Source of the DNA: Tolypothrix carrinoi HA7290-LM1
Lineage (GTDB): Bacteria; Cyanobacteriota; Cyanobacteriia; Cyanobacteriales; Nostocaceae
Direction: 5' to 3'
Assembly (NCBI GenBank): GCA_019358935.1
Contig: JAHHIK010000001.1
Coordinates: forward strand, 1 to 64,000
DNA length: 64,000 bases
Below, piece after piece: positions 22,045 through 32,952 of this stretch. The translations under genes and the position numbers were made by a program. Every line of letters begins with the position of its first letter. The stretch's first letter is position 1. The notes beneath the pieces were generated by a model. It searched no databases and had not been told where the DNA came from. It saw only the letters and a list, made by a program, of their open reading frames with translations.

Positions 22045-25000
22045 TTAGCTCTTGATTTGTTGTAGTTGTTTGATTGTTTCTATTAACAAACGAACTTGAA
22101 CAGGTTTGTTACGAAACCAGTCTGTTGACCAAATCCGGTGAATTTTCCAACCTAGCCTTTCAAGCACCTGTTGTCTGAGGCGATCGCGATCTCTTGCAGT
22201 AGGTGAACTATGGTAAGATGCACCATCACACTCAATCCCTAGTAAAAACTCACCAGGGTGATTATTATTGACTACACCAAGGTCAATCCGATATCCTGAA
22301 CATCCAACTTGGGTGCGGATAGTGTATCCCTGCTTGACTAAGGCATGATAAACATCTTCTTCAAATGGCGAGTCAAAGTGAAGTGCATCTGTGTAGGAGT
22401 TGCCTTGCAGTCGTTCTCCACCACTCGCTGCATATTCCAGGTAATCACGCAATAATCTTACACCTTTGCTTTGGGCGCGTGTTATATCGATGTCACCAGC
22501 CTGTATGGAAGAAACTAGTGTAATTTTGCTTTTTGCCCGCGTGACAGCTACATTCAGCCGTCGTTCTCCACCTTGGCGATTTAAAGGACCAAAGTTGAGA
22601 GAAAGCTTGCCTTGATCGTCACGAGCATAGCCTACACTGAGTATAATTGCATCTCGCTCGTCACCTTGAACGTTTTCCAGCGCTTTGAGAAAAAACTGCG
22701 GTGAGTTATCGCTGCAAAATGTCTCCACATTGGGATATTCTTTTGCCAAAATCTGAATTTGCTCCTGAATAGCATCGGCTTGAGCCTCGCTAAAAGCAAT
22801 TATACCAAGGGATTGTTCGGGAAACCGTTGAAAATGCTCCAACGCCAACACAGCAACGACTTGAGCCTCGCGTCGATTATCTCTGCGTTTACCGCGATCG
22901 TAAACGCCATCAGGAACATGCTTAAACCATACTCCCAAATCTGGATTTTGAACTGGGTTTGGAAATGTAATTAACTTAGAGTCGTAAAAATGACGGTTGG
23001 AGAAAGCAATCAAACGCTCATCTTGACTGCGGTAATGCCATTTCAGCGTGCTGACAAACATAAAATTTGAACATTCATCCAAAACGCTTTCATAGCTTGC
23101 ATCATCTTCATCATCGATATCTTCTTCACTGTCTCCGGTTGAAAAGAATGATGTGGGAGGAAGTTGCTTATTGTCGCCTATTACAATAACTTGATTAGAA
23201 CGGATAATCGAAGGAACAACATCTTCAGTGCGAAGCTGAGAAGCTTCATCGAAAATGAGAACATCAAAATGAACTACATCCGGATTAATATATTGACTAA
23301 CAGAAAGTGGACTCATCATCCAGCAGGGCTTTAAGGCTTTGACGAGATTTGGTATTCCTTTTTGTGTGTCGCTGAGGAGTTTACGGATAGGCAAATGTTG
23401 TCTTTTCTTAGTCGCTTCTCTTTTCAACTTTGGCAACTCAGCTTGAGCGACTGAAGTCTTTTCCCAGTTTTGCCAGCGTTGCACATGAAATTGTTTTAAA
23501 CGTTCTCTGGCAGCATCTAATTGATTATAATCGAGTTGAGAAAACTCCTTGATTTGTCGTTCGTGTACATCAACGTTAAAATTCTTTAACTCAGGTTTTT
23601 TAGCCAGAATAGCATCAAGGCATATTTGATAAATTCGCTTTTCTAGAACTGGAAACCACTGTTTTGGTTCAATTTGGTTGTCAAGCAAAGTATCCAAGAA
23701 CTTATTAGTTCCGAGGTTTTCGAGTTTCTGGTAAGTTTCTTTATAGGTCAGCCATTCTTGGAAATAAGGCAGTTCAGATTGAGCCAAGTTTAGAAAGCTT
23801 TCTAGTTCGACAAAACTAATTTGGTTACGAGGTAAGTAAGAATCTGTGATATCACTTTCATCAAAGTGCAATAACAGAAACTCTAGCCCTTGCCTGATTT
23901 TGTTATGAGTCAATTCAAGTTTCTTAACTAATTCAGCCAAATTGCGCCGCTCAGAGGGAGAATTTATAATATGCTGAACCCAATCAGCACCAAGCGAATA
24001 CTTTTGTAAGCCAGTCAACCAACTCAAAGCTTGTTCAATTGTTCTTAACTCTGCTTCACTAGAAACTTCCGGGTTAAATAAAGATCCAAAAACCTGACGA
24101 GGCTGGTAGTCAATATGACGTAGCCTATTTCGTACAGACTCAATAGGATTAGGTTTATTGTCGCGCAAAGCATCTAAGAAATCTTGGACTCCTAAACTTT
24201 CTAGTTGTCCATAGATTTCTTTGTATGTCAACCATTTACGAAAGTCGGGTAAGTTGGATTGAGCTATGTTTAAAAAAGTTGCCAGTTCGGTAAATAAAAT
24301 TTGATTGTGAGGCAGATATTGCCCAATAATATCATTTTCATTAAAGTATAAAAGTAAAAAATCGATTCCCTGCTTAATATCTTCAGAAAGGCATTCAACT
24401 TTCTTAACTGATTCAGCTAGTTCCCGTCGCTTGGAGGGAGAATCAATAATGCGCTGCACCCAATCAGCACCAAGCGAATACTGTTGTAAGCCAGTCAACC
24501 AACTCAAAGCTTGTTCAATTGTTCTTAACTCTGCTTCACTAGAAACTTCTGGGTTAAATAAAGATCCAAAAACCTGACGCGCTGGGTAATTGCTTTGATA
24601 TAGCTCGTTTCGCGCAGCTTGTATTTGAACGGCTTGTGCCAAATCACGTTTTAATTCGTTGTGGGAAATCTGCCCCTTTTTAGTGCTTAGTTTCTTCAAA
24701 AGCTTGACATCACGTCTGTATCTGGGATTAAAAACTCTAATCAACCAAAAGCGACTATATTTTTGATATCTATTAGCTAGAGCAGGTAATTCTGATGAGA
24801 ATAATTCTGGATGATATTTTTGTTTTAAAAGCGGCTCAGTTTCTTCCAGTAATTTCACATCTGTTTTCAACTTAGTGAAAGCGTCCTGAGCAGTTGAAAT
24901 ATCCGCTACAGTCCAATTATCGGGTAAATTATCTGGAGCTTTTAATATATGTTGAAGAGCAGGATAGAAAGCTTCTACAGTCTCCAAATTCAATAAAGGC

Positions 25001-26970
25001 TGAATTTGGAGAATCATTTGAAGCTGTTGGCTAGCTGTCTGAATCAAAGAAATCGCTTGTTGGAATTTCTCAATTTTGTTATTTATTTCTAATTCCAGCG
25101 TCTGGGAGCAAGACTTTAAATTACTTTGTGACCAAATAGTTGTTTTTTCTCCTTTTAAAAATGGTAGAAAGGAAGAAAGTTGACTCAGTAAATTTTGCGC
25201 TGATTGCGAAAGCTGATTTTTTTCAATCTCTTGAACATCTGCTTTCAACTTTGTGAAGGCATTTTGAGCAGTTGATATATCTACTCCAGTCCAGTTTTCT
25301 GGCTGATTGGATGGAGCTTTTAGTATGTAGGCTAGGGCTGAATAACAAGTCTCTAGAGACTCTAGATTCAATAAAGTTTGAACTTGTATCCCTGATAATT
25401 CTTGATTAATCTTTTGGCTTGAAAAAAATGCTTGCTGAAACTCTTCTATTTTCTCCCTTATTTCTAATTCCATCTCATAAGAATAAGAATCTAGAGAACT
25501 TTTTGCCCAAATAGTTGTTTTCTCTCCCTTAAAGAAAGACAAAAAGTTTGCTAATTGATTTAATAAATCTTTTGCTTCTTGTAATCTGCTTGGATTCCAT
25601 TGGCTGAAGTTAGAAAATATAACATTAATGTTGGGAACTCCTTCGCGTTCTTTTCTCAAAAGCTCGCCAAATATCTCGAATGGTGATTTATCTAGAGGCT
25701 TCTCTTTAGCGTGTAAACTTGTGAGATATGAATTTAGCGATTGACGAGTAGAAACTAGCCGCTCAAAGAAAATATGGTGATTTGGGACACTAGATATTTG
25801 TGAAAGATAATCAATGGTTTTCGATAAATTATTTACAAGTACCCGTTTATCTGTTGTACCACTGTGGTGGAGATTGAGACATATGTGGTCTAAACTACAT
25901 TCAGCCATGCGCTTATATACAACACTTAATGCAGTCTCTTTTTCTGCAACTAATAAAACTGATTTACCATTGCCAACCAGTTCAGCAATCATATTAACAA
26001 TAGTTTGACTTTTGCCTGTTCCGGGTGGACCTTGAACAACAAAGCTAGAACCAGCCTTCGCTGCTTCAATTACTACTTGCTGGCTGGAGTCAGCATCAAG
26101 AATTTGAAATATTCGTTCAGGTTTAACTTGTGAATCTAGAGCAGATGCGGGTAGCGGTTCTCTATAATTAGATTGATAAGTAGTTAAATCACCACTAATT
26201 GCTTGCAAAATTGGGTGGTCAAAAATTCGAGCTTCATTTTCGATAATGTCCCGAACCATTGCAGCCTTTGCATAGGAAAATAGGGAGAGAAATACATTTT
26301 CTTTAATTTGCCATGTCTGTTGTTGTGCTAATAGTTGCCTAATCTCAGCAATAATTTCCTTATAAGTTAGTGTTTGTATAGCTTCTCCCTCTGGAAGCTC
26401 AGTCCCAAAGGTTTGTTTTAACTTTTGTGCCAAAGTTGGATTTAATACAACATCTTCCTCTAAGACAGATATTTTATAAACATCTCGTCTAGGTTCTTTA
26501 ATTAACTCTACAGTAACCAAAATTAGTGGCGAGAGCAAGGCATCGTCTGGCTTATCCTTGTCGTACCAAGTCAAGGTTCCAAGCGCCAGAAACAAACTGT
26601 TTACCCCTCGTTCTTCAAATGATCGTCGTGCCTCAAGGCGCAATTTATTCAGCCGTTTCAGTTGCTCGTTGCCTATTTGACGAGTTATTAATTCAAGAGG
26701 ATTTATTTGTGCTGGTAATGCTTTAGTTTTTCTCGACTGAATAATATCTTGATGTTCGCTATTAACGATTTTAAAATGAAGCGATTTTTTTTCTTCTGTC
26801 AGGTTTTTGAAGAGAACATCTAGTTCCTCTGTGAGAATTTCTAATATTCGAGGACTATCTTGGCGAAACTTGATGAGAGGATTTCGTCGTCCCAAGTCAG
26901 CGAGTCCAGCTTTCCACTTTGCGATTTTTTGAGCAAGGTTTTGTTGAGAGCCTGAAGCTGACTGTCGCAT
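22045..26970 (-). CDS. DUF4011 + SF1 (UPF1-like) helicase + C-terminal Vsr/PD-(D/E)xK-like nuclease (Hhe-like defence protein)
   Basis: LADLGRRNPLI N-terminus; QGPPGTGKSQT; FDEASQ; VQGDERD; RRLNVAVTRAK; FDSPFEEDV...IECDGASYH...LGW. Confidence 0.85.
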   Translation of the reverse strand: MRQSASGSQQNLAQKIAKWKAGLADLGRRNPLIKFRQDSPRILEILTEELDVLFKNLTEEKKSLHFKIVNSEHQDIIQSRKTKALPAQINPLELITRQIGNEQLKRLNKLRLEARRSFEERGVNSLFLALGTLTWYDKDKPDDALLSPLILVTVELIKEPRRDVYKISVLEEDVVLNPTLAQKLKQTFGTELPEGEAIQTLTYKEIIAEIRQLLAQQQTWQIKENVFLSLFSYAKAAMVRDIIENEARIFDHPILQAISGDLTTYQSNYREPLPASALDSQVKPERIFQILDADSSQQVVIEAAKAGSSFVVQGPPGTGKSQTIVNMIAELVGNGKSVLLVAEKETALSVVYKRMAECSLDHICLNLHHSGTTDKRVLVNNLSKTIDYLSQISSVPNHHIFFERLVSTRQSLNSYLTSLHAKEKPLDKSPFEIFGELLRKEREGVPNINVIFSNFSQWNPSRLQEAKDLLNQLANFLSFFKGEKTTIWAKSSLDSYSYEMELEIREKIEEFQQAFFSSQKINQELSGIQVQTLLNLESLETCYSALAYILKAPSNQPENWTGVDISTAQNAFTKLKADVQEIEKNQLSQSAQNLLSQLSSFLPFLKGEKTTIWSQSNLKSCSQTLELEINNKIEKFQQAISLIQTASQQLQMILQIQPLLNLETVEAFYPALQHILKAPDNLPDNWTVADISTAQDAFTKLKTDVKLLEETEPLLKQKYHPELFSSELPALANRYQKYSRFWLIRVFNPRYRRDVKLLKKLSTKKGQISHNELKRDLAQAVQIQAARNELYQSNYPARQVFGSLFNPEVSSEAELRTIEQALSWLTGLQQYSLGADWVQRIIDSPSKRRELAESVKKVECLSEDIKQGIDFLLLYFNENDIIGQYLPHNQILFTELATFLNIAQSNLPDFRKWLTYKEIYGQLESLGVQDFLDALRDNKPNPIESVRNRLRHIDYQPRQVFGSLFNPEVSSEAELRTIEQALSWLTGLQKYSLGADWVQHIINSPSERRNLAELVKKLELTHNKIRQGLEFLLLHFDESDITDSYLPRNQISFVELESFLNLAQSELPYFQEWLTYKETYQKLENLGTNKFLDTLLDNQIEPKQWFPVLEKRIYQICLDAILAKKPELKNFNVDVHERQIKEFSQLDYNQLDAARERLKQFHVQRWQNWEKTSVAQAELPKLKREATKKRQHLPIRKLLSDTQKGIPNLVKALKPCWMMSPLSVSQYINPDVVHFDVLIFDEASQLRTEDVVPSIIRSNQVIVIGDNKQLPPTSFFSTGDSEEDIDDEDDASYESVLDECSNFMFVSTLKWHYRSQDERLIAFSNRHFYDSKLITFPNPVQNPDLGVWFKHVPDGVYDRGKRRDNRREAQVVAVLALEHFQRFPEQSLGIIAFSEAQADAIQEQIQILAKEYPNVETFCSDNSPQFFLKALENVQGDERDAIILSVGYARDDQGKLSLNFGPLNRQGGERRLNVAVTRAKSKITLVSSIQAGDIDITRAQSKGVRLLRDYLEYAASGGERLQGNSYTDALHFDSPFEEDVYHALVKQGYTIRTQVGCSGYRIDLGVVNNNHPGEFLLGIECDGASYHSSPTARDRDRLRQQVLERLGWKIHRIWSTDWFRNKPVQVRLLIETIKQLQQIKS

Positions 26971-27210
26971 ACTCGCCTTTCTCGTAAATAGACCTACTAT
27001 CCAATATTATACTAGCCTTTTCCTGTGTAAGCAGTTGCCCGCGAGCTGCTCTGTCAACCACTGGAGGTGTTAAACAGAAATTTTCTGGATATTATCGCTC
27101 CAACTCGACAATATTTAGAGATTGTGTGTGATATGCAGTGTTGGCTCGCTTGCACTAGCTCACTCTTTTGAATGTTAGCCTAAGAACAACCTGTAAGCCA
27201 ACTGAGTTCT

Positions 27211-27357
27211 ATGACCATACAGATTAGCATTGAACTTTCAGGTGATGTTTTTTCAGCACTTTGCAGTAAACCAGAAACGTTTGTTCAGGAAATCGCTTTG
27301 ATGTTTCACCCTTTCAAGTGACTCCCGAAGAATTAGCGATTGTGTTGAAAGCGTGAC
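27211..27357 (+). pseudogene. UPF0175-like small protein remnant with internal deletion
   Basis: MTIQISIELSGDVFSAL...PETFVQEI joined to VSPFQVTPEEL. Confidence 0.45.
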
Positions 27358-27465
27358 TAGACGATGGGTTAAATCAAAACCATCGAATTCACGTTTGATA
27401 GATGCGATCGCGCAAAGCGCAGTGCTAAAGGCGATCGCATTTGTAAAAACAAAGTGTTACACAAA

Positions 27466-28065
27466 TTAACTACTGAATTGCTGAACAATTGCCTGCACAA
27501 TTGCTAAAATGGCTCCTACGTTATCCAAGTAATATCTTTGCTTATCAAGCAAAGCCACTTTTTGCGAAAGTTTAAGAAACTGCCATATTTCTCCTGTTGT
27601 CACACATCCATACACCGGTATTTCTGCTTGTCCAGATGAACGATTAAATAAATCCGCCGCCACCATTTGCGCGATGCACTGTCCTAACCCAGCTTCAACA
27701 TCATTTTTTTTCGCTTCCACAACAGTGAGAATTGGCGATCGCAACGGTGGTAAAGGTGGAGCTATTGCTAAAATAAAATCACATTCCCCAATCAAGCCCT
27801 GTGCAGGATCAACGTCAAGTCTTTGTCCAGAAAAAATAGCCAAGCTATCTTGGCTGAGATCGCGACAGGCTAGTAAAATCGGTACAATAATAAACTCGCT
27901 GCGAGCCTTTTCACTAATCAGAGCTAATTGGGTTCGCTTTCCTAAAGTTTCATTTAACCACGAAGGAATAGAAAGAGGTACAAGCTTGGGAAACAGATCG
28001 GCTTCTTGGGTGGTGATTCCCAAAACAGCCGCAGCTTTTTCTAGAGTAAAGTCGCTGTACGCCAT
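27466..28065 (-). CDS. PD-(D/E)xK restriction-endonuclease-like protein, paralogue 1
   Basis: SEKARSE, GECDF, VEAKK, GQCIAQM and TTGEIWQFL motifs. Confidence 0.7.
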   Translation of the reverse strand: MAYSDFTLEKAAAVLGITTQEADLFPKLVPLSIPSWLNETLGKRTQLALISEKARSEFIIVPILLACRDLSQDSLAIFSGQRLDVDPAQGLIGECDFILAIAPPLPPLRSPILTVVEAKKNDVEAGLGQCIAQMVAADLFNRSSGQAEIPVYGCVTTGEIWQFLKLSQKVALLDKQRYYLDNVGAILAIVQAIVQQFSS

Positions 28066-28636
28066 AGTTTTGCACTGCTTTTCTGAGTATGACGTTTTCA
28101 ATAAAAGGGAATTGCTTCTATTTTACAAAAAGCAGGGTGTGGGGTGCGGGGTGTGGGGTGTGGGGGATGGAGAGAAAACTTTAGTTCTGGGTTTAAGCGA
28201 GCGTAAAAAAAGATGTCCTTACGAGACACGCAGTGCGATGAAATGAGCGCGTCCTTATTTCAATCCCACGTTTTTAAGCGTGGGTCCCTACACCCTACAC
28301 CCTAAACCTGCAACCCTTCTGAACCCTGTTGTAGAGTTGTCCAGAGATTTGGTGTGAAATGCTTCCAAAGTAGTCCGTCGTAGCGATGTCTACTTTAAGG
28401 GACTATTCGGCTTGCCCCAACTCGACAACAACAGAGAGATTGTGTGTCAGATGCAACGCCATGAGTAAACCCGAAAGCGCGATGCCTCCGGCGGGCTGCG
28501 CCAACGCCTTAACTCGACAACAAACGACTGTATATTTAGGGATGGTGTCAGGTGCGATTCACCCCCAAAAAGCAGAGCAGTTCGTTTAAATCATTCTAAA
28601 CTAATAACAGCAACCACAGCAAAAAATAATTAGGTA

Positions 28637-29242
28637 ATGCAAATGGCTTATAGTGACTTTACCTTGAGTAAGTTTAAAAAAAAATTCAATATTCATATTG
28701 ATGAACAAATTGATTTATTTACCAACATTGAACCTATAGAAATAAGCGATCGCCTAACAACTACTTTAGAAGAAACTACCGATTTAGCCTTGGCGATTAA
28801 TACAGAAAAAGCTCGCTCCGAAATGATTATTACGCCGATTTTGTTGGAGGTAAGGCGTAAGGCTAATTATCAGATTAGTTTATTTTCCGGGACAGATTTT
28901 AATGTTGATGCCGAGAAGGGATTAAATGGTTATTGTGATTTTGTTATCAGTCGCTCTAAGGAACAGTTAACAATTAATGCACCTGTAATGATTATTGTCG
29001 AGGCAAAAAATGAAAACATTAAAGGTGGATTAGGTCAATGTATGGCGGCAATGTTGGCAGCGCAGATATTTAACCAACAGGAGGAAAATGAAATTACAAC
29101 TATTTATGGAGCGGTGACGACAGGAGATATTTGGAAATTTTTGAAGCTGGAAGGTGCTGATTTGTTTGTTGATTTGAATAATTATTATATTAAAGAATTA
29201 AATAAAATTTTAGGTATTTTATATCAAGGAATCCAAGGTTAA
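28637..29242 (+). CDS. PD-(D/E)xK restriction-endonuclease-like protein, paralogue 2
   Basis: TEKARSE, GYCDF, VEAKN and TTGDIWKFL motifs. Confidence 0.7.
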   Translation: MQMAYSDFTLSKFKKKFNIHIDEQIDLFTNIEPIEISDRLTTTLEETTDLALAINTEKARSEMIITPILLEVRRKANYQISLFSGTDFNVDAEKGLNGYCDFVISRSKEQLTINAPVMIIVEAKNENIKGGLGQCMAAMLAAQIFNQQEENEITTIYGAVTTGDIWKFLKLEGADLFVDLNNYYIKELNKILGILYQGIQG

Positions 29243-29308
29243 AATCACACATAGGCAGATATTGCCTCAAGCTATACTGAATGTATACTTGTAGAATAAT
29301 TAGCAATT

Positions 29309-29911
29309 ATGCCTTATAGTCAGTTTACGAATATTAGTAAAGTTAAAGAAGCTTTCGGGTTAAAAACACAGGAAGGTGGACGATTTATTCCTGCCACTGA
29401 CAATATCGAAGCATCTGCTACACTGACGGCATATCTTGAAGAAAGTCTACCACTTGCTTCTTTAGCAAGTGAAAAAGCACGTTCAGAAGGAATTATTTAC
29501 CCCGTATTATTGGAAGTAAGACGGATATTAAATCGACAAATTAGCTTATTTTCCGGGGAAGATTTTACCGTTGATGAGGCAGTTGGACTTAATGGAATGT
29601 GTGATTTTCTTTTAAGTCGATCGCCTGAAGTGTTAGAAATTGAAGCACCTGCAATTATAATTGTGGAGGCAAAAAAAGCTGATTTAAGAACTGGGTTTGG
29701 ACAATGTATTGCAGAAATGGTTGCAGCACAAAGATTCAACGCCGCAAAAAATCGTCCAATTACGGTAATATATGGTTCGATTAGTAATGGTACACAATGG
29801 CGATTCCTGAAGCTGGAGGAAAATACTGTCACTATCGACTTGACGGATTATCCCCTCCCACCTGTGGAACAAATTCTAGGAATTTTAGTCTGGATGGTTC
29901 AAAACGGTTGA
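29309..29911 (+). CDS. PD-(D/E)xK restriction-endonuclease-like protein, paralogue 3
   Basis: SEKARSE, GMCDF, VEAKK and SNGTQWRFL motifs. Confidence 0.7.
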   Translation: MPYSQFTNISKVKEAFGLKTQEGGRFIPATDNIEASATLTAYLEESLPLASLASEKARSEGIIYPVLLEVRRILNRQISLFSGEDFTVDEAVGLNGMCDFLLSRSPEVLEIEAPAIIIVEAKKADLRTGFGQCIAEMVAAQRFNAAKNRPITVIYGSISNGTQWRFLKLEENTVTIDLTDYPLPPVEQILGILVWMVQNG

Positions 29912-29976
29912 TAAGTTATGCACAAGAAGTAGCCGGTCGCAGACATCGCTTGAACTCCACAAACTGCCACTGCAAT

Positions 29977-30548
29977 TTAGGGATTATATATGAAGTCAAG
30001 CGTAGACGATTTACTCGGCTTGTCGTCAGACATCGCCTCTAGTTCAGGAATATGTTCAGTTTCGTAGTTTTCAATTAATACACCGATAACTTCCATTAGA
30101 GACGCGAGGGGATGGCTTTCATCTTCACCAACTTGATCGATCAGGCGATCGAGGATCTCAACAAGTGCGATCGTATTCCTCTTGGGTGTGAGGAACAAAG
30201 ACGTTTTCGGCAATCGATGACCAAGCAGTGATGGTTTGATCGAGGTTGAAACTTTGCATTATTCTTTCCACTTTCCTTCATCATATTCTGGATGCGTTAA
30301 CGAGCGCCCGGATGTAGATTTTTTGGCGGTTGTAGTGAATTGCGGCAATCAGTCGAACTTTGTTACCACCAATATTAAATACAGTCAATTTACCGACTTG
30401 ATCTGCGGATGGAAACATTTCACGCAGTTCGACAAATGAGGCAAAATCCGGAGTGCTTCACTAATTGATACCACTGAGTCAGAGCATTCGTTGTATCTGG
30501 ATGGAGTTTGGCAAATTCATTCAGCCGTTTGCGAGTAATCACATGCAT
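29977..30548 (-). pseudogene. HigB-HigA toxin-antitoxin pair, both frameshifted
   Basis: MHVITRKRL...VFNIGGNKVRLIAAIHY spans 30548-30259 (290 nt, not a multiple of 3); the antitoxin MQSFNLDQ...LDRLIDQVGEDESHPLASLM is split between frames. Confidence 0.75.
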
Positions 30549-30755
30549 GTGAAAACCCCTGATATCTTAATAATTCTGTCATCCAACTCACCTTTCATTG
30601 CTAATCTTATATTTTAATATATAGCAATTTTAAATCTACACTTGACAAAAAAGCTACTGTGTGTATGTATAATTGTGGGTGAAGTGGACAAGAAGTAGCC
30701 CGTTGCAGACATCCCACTGTCATGTCTACATGAATTATCTGTACTACCTTGTGGT

Positions 30756-31334
30756 TCAGTCTGGAAAAGCCAAACCAGTCATTGGATCGCGGATATACAG
30801 TCCCAGTGTGAGACTACGCATCACTTCATCCCAAACAGGTATTAGCTGTTCTGCCTGATCTGCCCAATAATCGAATGTAATCAAGCACTGAACATTTGAC
30901 CCCAAACCAATGCAAGTCCGGGAAAAAGCTTCCCGTGGTTCTTCCTGGGTGTCGATAAACTTAATTTCCGTCCAGACAATTTTAGCAGTTTGGCGCTTGA
31001 CGGTAAAGATTTCTCCCTTCTCAATAGGGTTACGACTGTCATCTTCCATCACTTTCCTCAAAGTTGATTTTAGGGGAAATTGGCTCCAGTCGTTGGGTGG
31101 CAAGCGATTGAAAGATACTTCCAGACAGCAATCATCTAGTGGTGGTTTTTTATCGAGAAACTTGAATGATTTTTCTTGTGGCTCCAAAACCCAATTTTGG
31201 GGTACATTGAAGCGAACAGATCCTCGGTCTAGCACAAAAATCTTGTAGCCTGATGGAGATTCCCAACGATGGTCGGGTTTTAGTTCAAGCGTTTCTTTAA
31301 TCCACTGGAGATTGCTTTTTTTACGCTTTGCCAT
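30756..31334 (-). CDS. Hypothetical protein
   Basis: 192-aa ORF from MAKRKKSN with protein-like composition; no family recognised. Confidence 0.7.
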   Translation of the reverse strand: MAKRKKSNLQWIKETLELKPDHRWESPSGYKIFVLDRGSVRFNVPQNWVLEPQEKSFKFLDKKPPLDDCCLEVSFNRLPPNDWSQFPLKSTLRKVMEDDSRNPIEKGEIFTVKRQTAKIVWTEIKFIDTQEEPREAFSRTCIGLGSNVQCLITFDYWADQAEQLIPVWDEVMRSLTLGLYIRDPMTGLAFPD

Positions 31335-31519
31335 AGTGTTTTTGCTTTCTCGGTGAGGAGTGCGATCGCCTCGGTTGGGTCGAGCGGCGATCGCGAACTT
31401 CGTTAATAATATCAAATCGGTAGGGTGTGTTGTCACTCAGAGCAACGCACCGTACTCTAGGGATGCGATCGTACTGGTTAGTGCAGCGCAAAAATATGGA
31501 TCAAGTCGATTCTAATAAG

Positions 31520-31750
31520 CAAAATGCCTTTTGACTTACTCAAAATGCCTTTTGACTTACTCATTTTGGTGTTTTCCGCAAGCAAAATGCCTTTTGACTT
31601 ACTCAAAATGCCTTTTGACTTACTCATTTTGGTGTTTTCCGCAAGCAAAATGCCTTTTGACTTACTCATTTTGGTGTTTTCCGCAAGCAAAATGCCTTTT
31701 GACTTTCTCAAAATGCCTTTTGACTTTCTCATTTCAGTAGTTCGCGCATT
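31520..31750. repeat. 21-bp-period tandem array of two alternating units
   Basis: A=caaaatgccttttgacttact, B=cattttggtgttttccgcaag; order A A B A A B A B A' A' plus one degenerate unit. Confidence 0.92.
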
Positions 31751-31874
31751 CATGACAAATATCGCGCATGTAGCAAAAGCCATTGCAGATTTGCCGAAAT
31801 TCTCTGAAGCCGATCAATACGGAACTTTTTTAAGGTAAAGAATATTAACCGTACTCTATTACAAGGTGTATATC

Positions 31875-32303
31875 ATGGCTCGTAGAAAAAGAACCTCCAT
31901 AGTCTTAGAAAAAGCAGTGCGTCGTGCGGCTGGCATAAACTCAATTGATCCGAATTTAAATTTAGGCAATGGACTCACCTTACCTGCCTTCTCAACCCTA
32001 ATCGAGACGATGCGAACTAGAGAAAATGCATATAACAGTGCCCTTTCCAGCTTGGATAAATTGTACCGTGAAATGCTCCAAACAGAAAGCGAGTTGGCAG
32101 ATATGACAGAACACATGCTAATGGCAGTTGCGACTCGATATGGCAAAAGCAGTGTAGAGTACGGCATGGCAGGAGGAGTTCCTAAAAATCAGCGCCGCAA
32201 GGGACTGCGAGGCGAGACTCCCATCGCAAGTTCACAGCAACCGTCATTAGTTGCCAGTGCGGACGGCAACGGCAATGGAAACAAAGCAACAGCGACAACT
32301 TAG
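31875..32303 (+). CDS. Hypothetical small helical protein
   Basis: 142-aa ORF MARRKRTSIVLEKA...SIDPNLNLGNGLTL...YGKSSVEYGMAGG. Confidence 0.75.
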   Translation: MARRKRTSIVLEKAVRRAAGINSIDPNLNLGNGLTLPAFSTLIETMRTRENAYNSALSSLDKLYREMLQTESELADMTEHMLMAVATRYGKSSVEYGMAGGVPKNQRRKGLRGETPIASSQQPSLVASADGNGNGNKATATT

Positions 32304-32400
32304 TAGGGTGCGTTGTCGCTCGCGCAACGCACCACACCACACCACACCACACCACATCAATCATGGGCATCCTAAATACAACTACCATCCCCTCACACCC

Positions 32401-32952
32401 ATGCCCAACTACCGCAGACCCCATATTGCCGGTGGTACTTACTTCATTACCCAAGTTACCTACCAACGACAACCCTGGCTTTGCTCCAATATCGGACGCA
32501 CTGCTCTACGCGCTGCCCTTGTGCATGTCCGACAGAATTACCCTTTCTCGATTGATGCCTTTGTTCTACTGCCCGATCACTTTCACACCCTATGGACTCT
32601 ACCTGAAGGAGATAGTAATTTCTCGATGCGAATGCTTTTAATCAAACGCTTTGTGACCAAATACTACGGGCATCAACTAGGACTTAATGTCGCTATCTCC
32701 CGTTCGCGGGAAAAGCGAAAAGAAAGAAACTTATGGCAACGCCGTTTCTGGGAGCATCTGATTCGAGATGATGTTGATTTTGCTAATCATTGCGATTACA
32801 TTCACTATAATCCTGTGCGGCATAAACTTTGTGAATCACCGCAGCAATGGACTTTTTCAAGTATTCATCGTTTTATTCAGCAGGAAATTTACCCGTTAGA
32901 TTGGGGTGGGGGTGGTGGGGTTGAGCTGCCGTCGGATATTTGGGATGTTTGA
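32401..32952 (+). CDS. REP-associated tyrosine transposase (RAYT, Y1 HUH)
   Basis: MPNYRR..GGTYFIT, LPDHFHTLW (HUH), WQRRFWEHLIRD and YIHYNPVRH motifs; flanked by inverted REPs. Confidence 0.92.
   Translation: MPNYRRPHIAGGTYFITQVTYQRQPWLCSNIGRTALRAALVHVRQNYPFSIDAFVLLPDHFHTLWTLPEGDSNFSMRMLLIKRFVTKYYGHQLGLNVAISRSREKRKERNLWQRRFWEHLIRDDVDFANHCDYIHYNPVRHKLCESPQQWTFSSIHRFIQQEIYPLDWGGGGGVELPSDIWDV

Noticed and set aside
31520..31750. CRISPR array
   Set aside because: The intervening units are identical to each other, repeats are often directly adjacent, and no cas genes are present.
32251..32952. IS200/IS605 transposon with a 233-aa TnpA
   Set aside because: There is no tnpB; the motifs and flanking GTAG REPs indicate a RAYT, and the N-terminal extension is translated REP and pentamer repeat.
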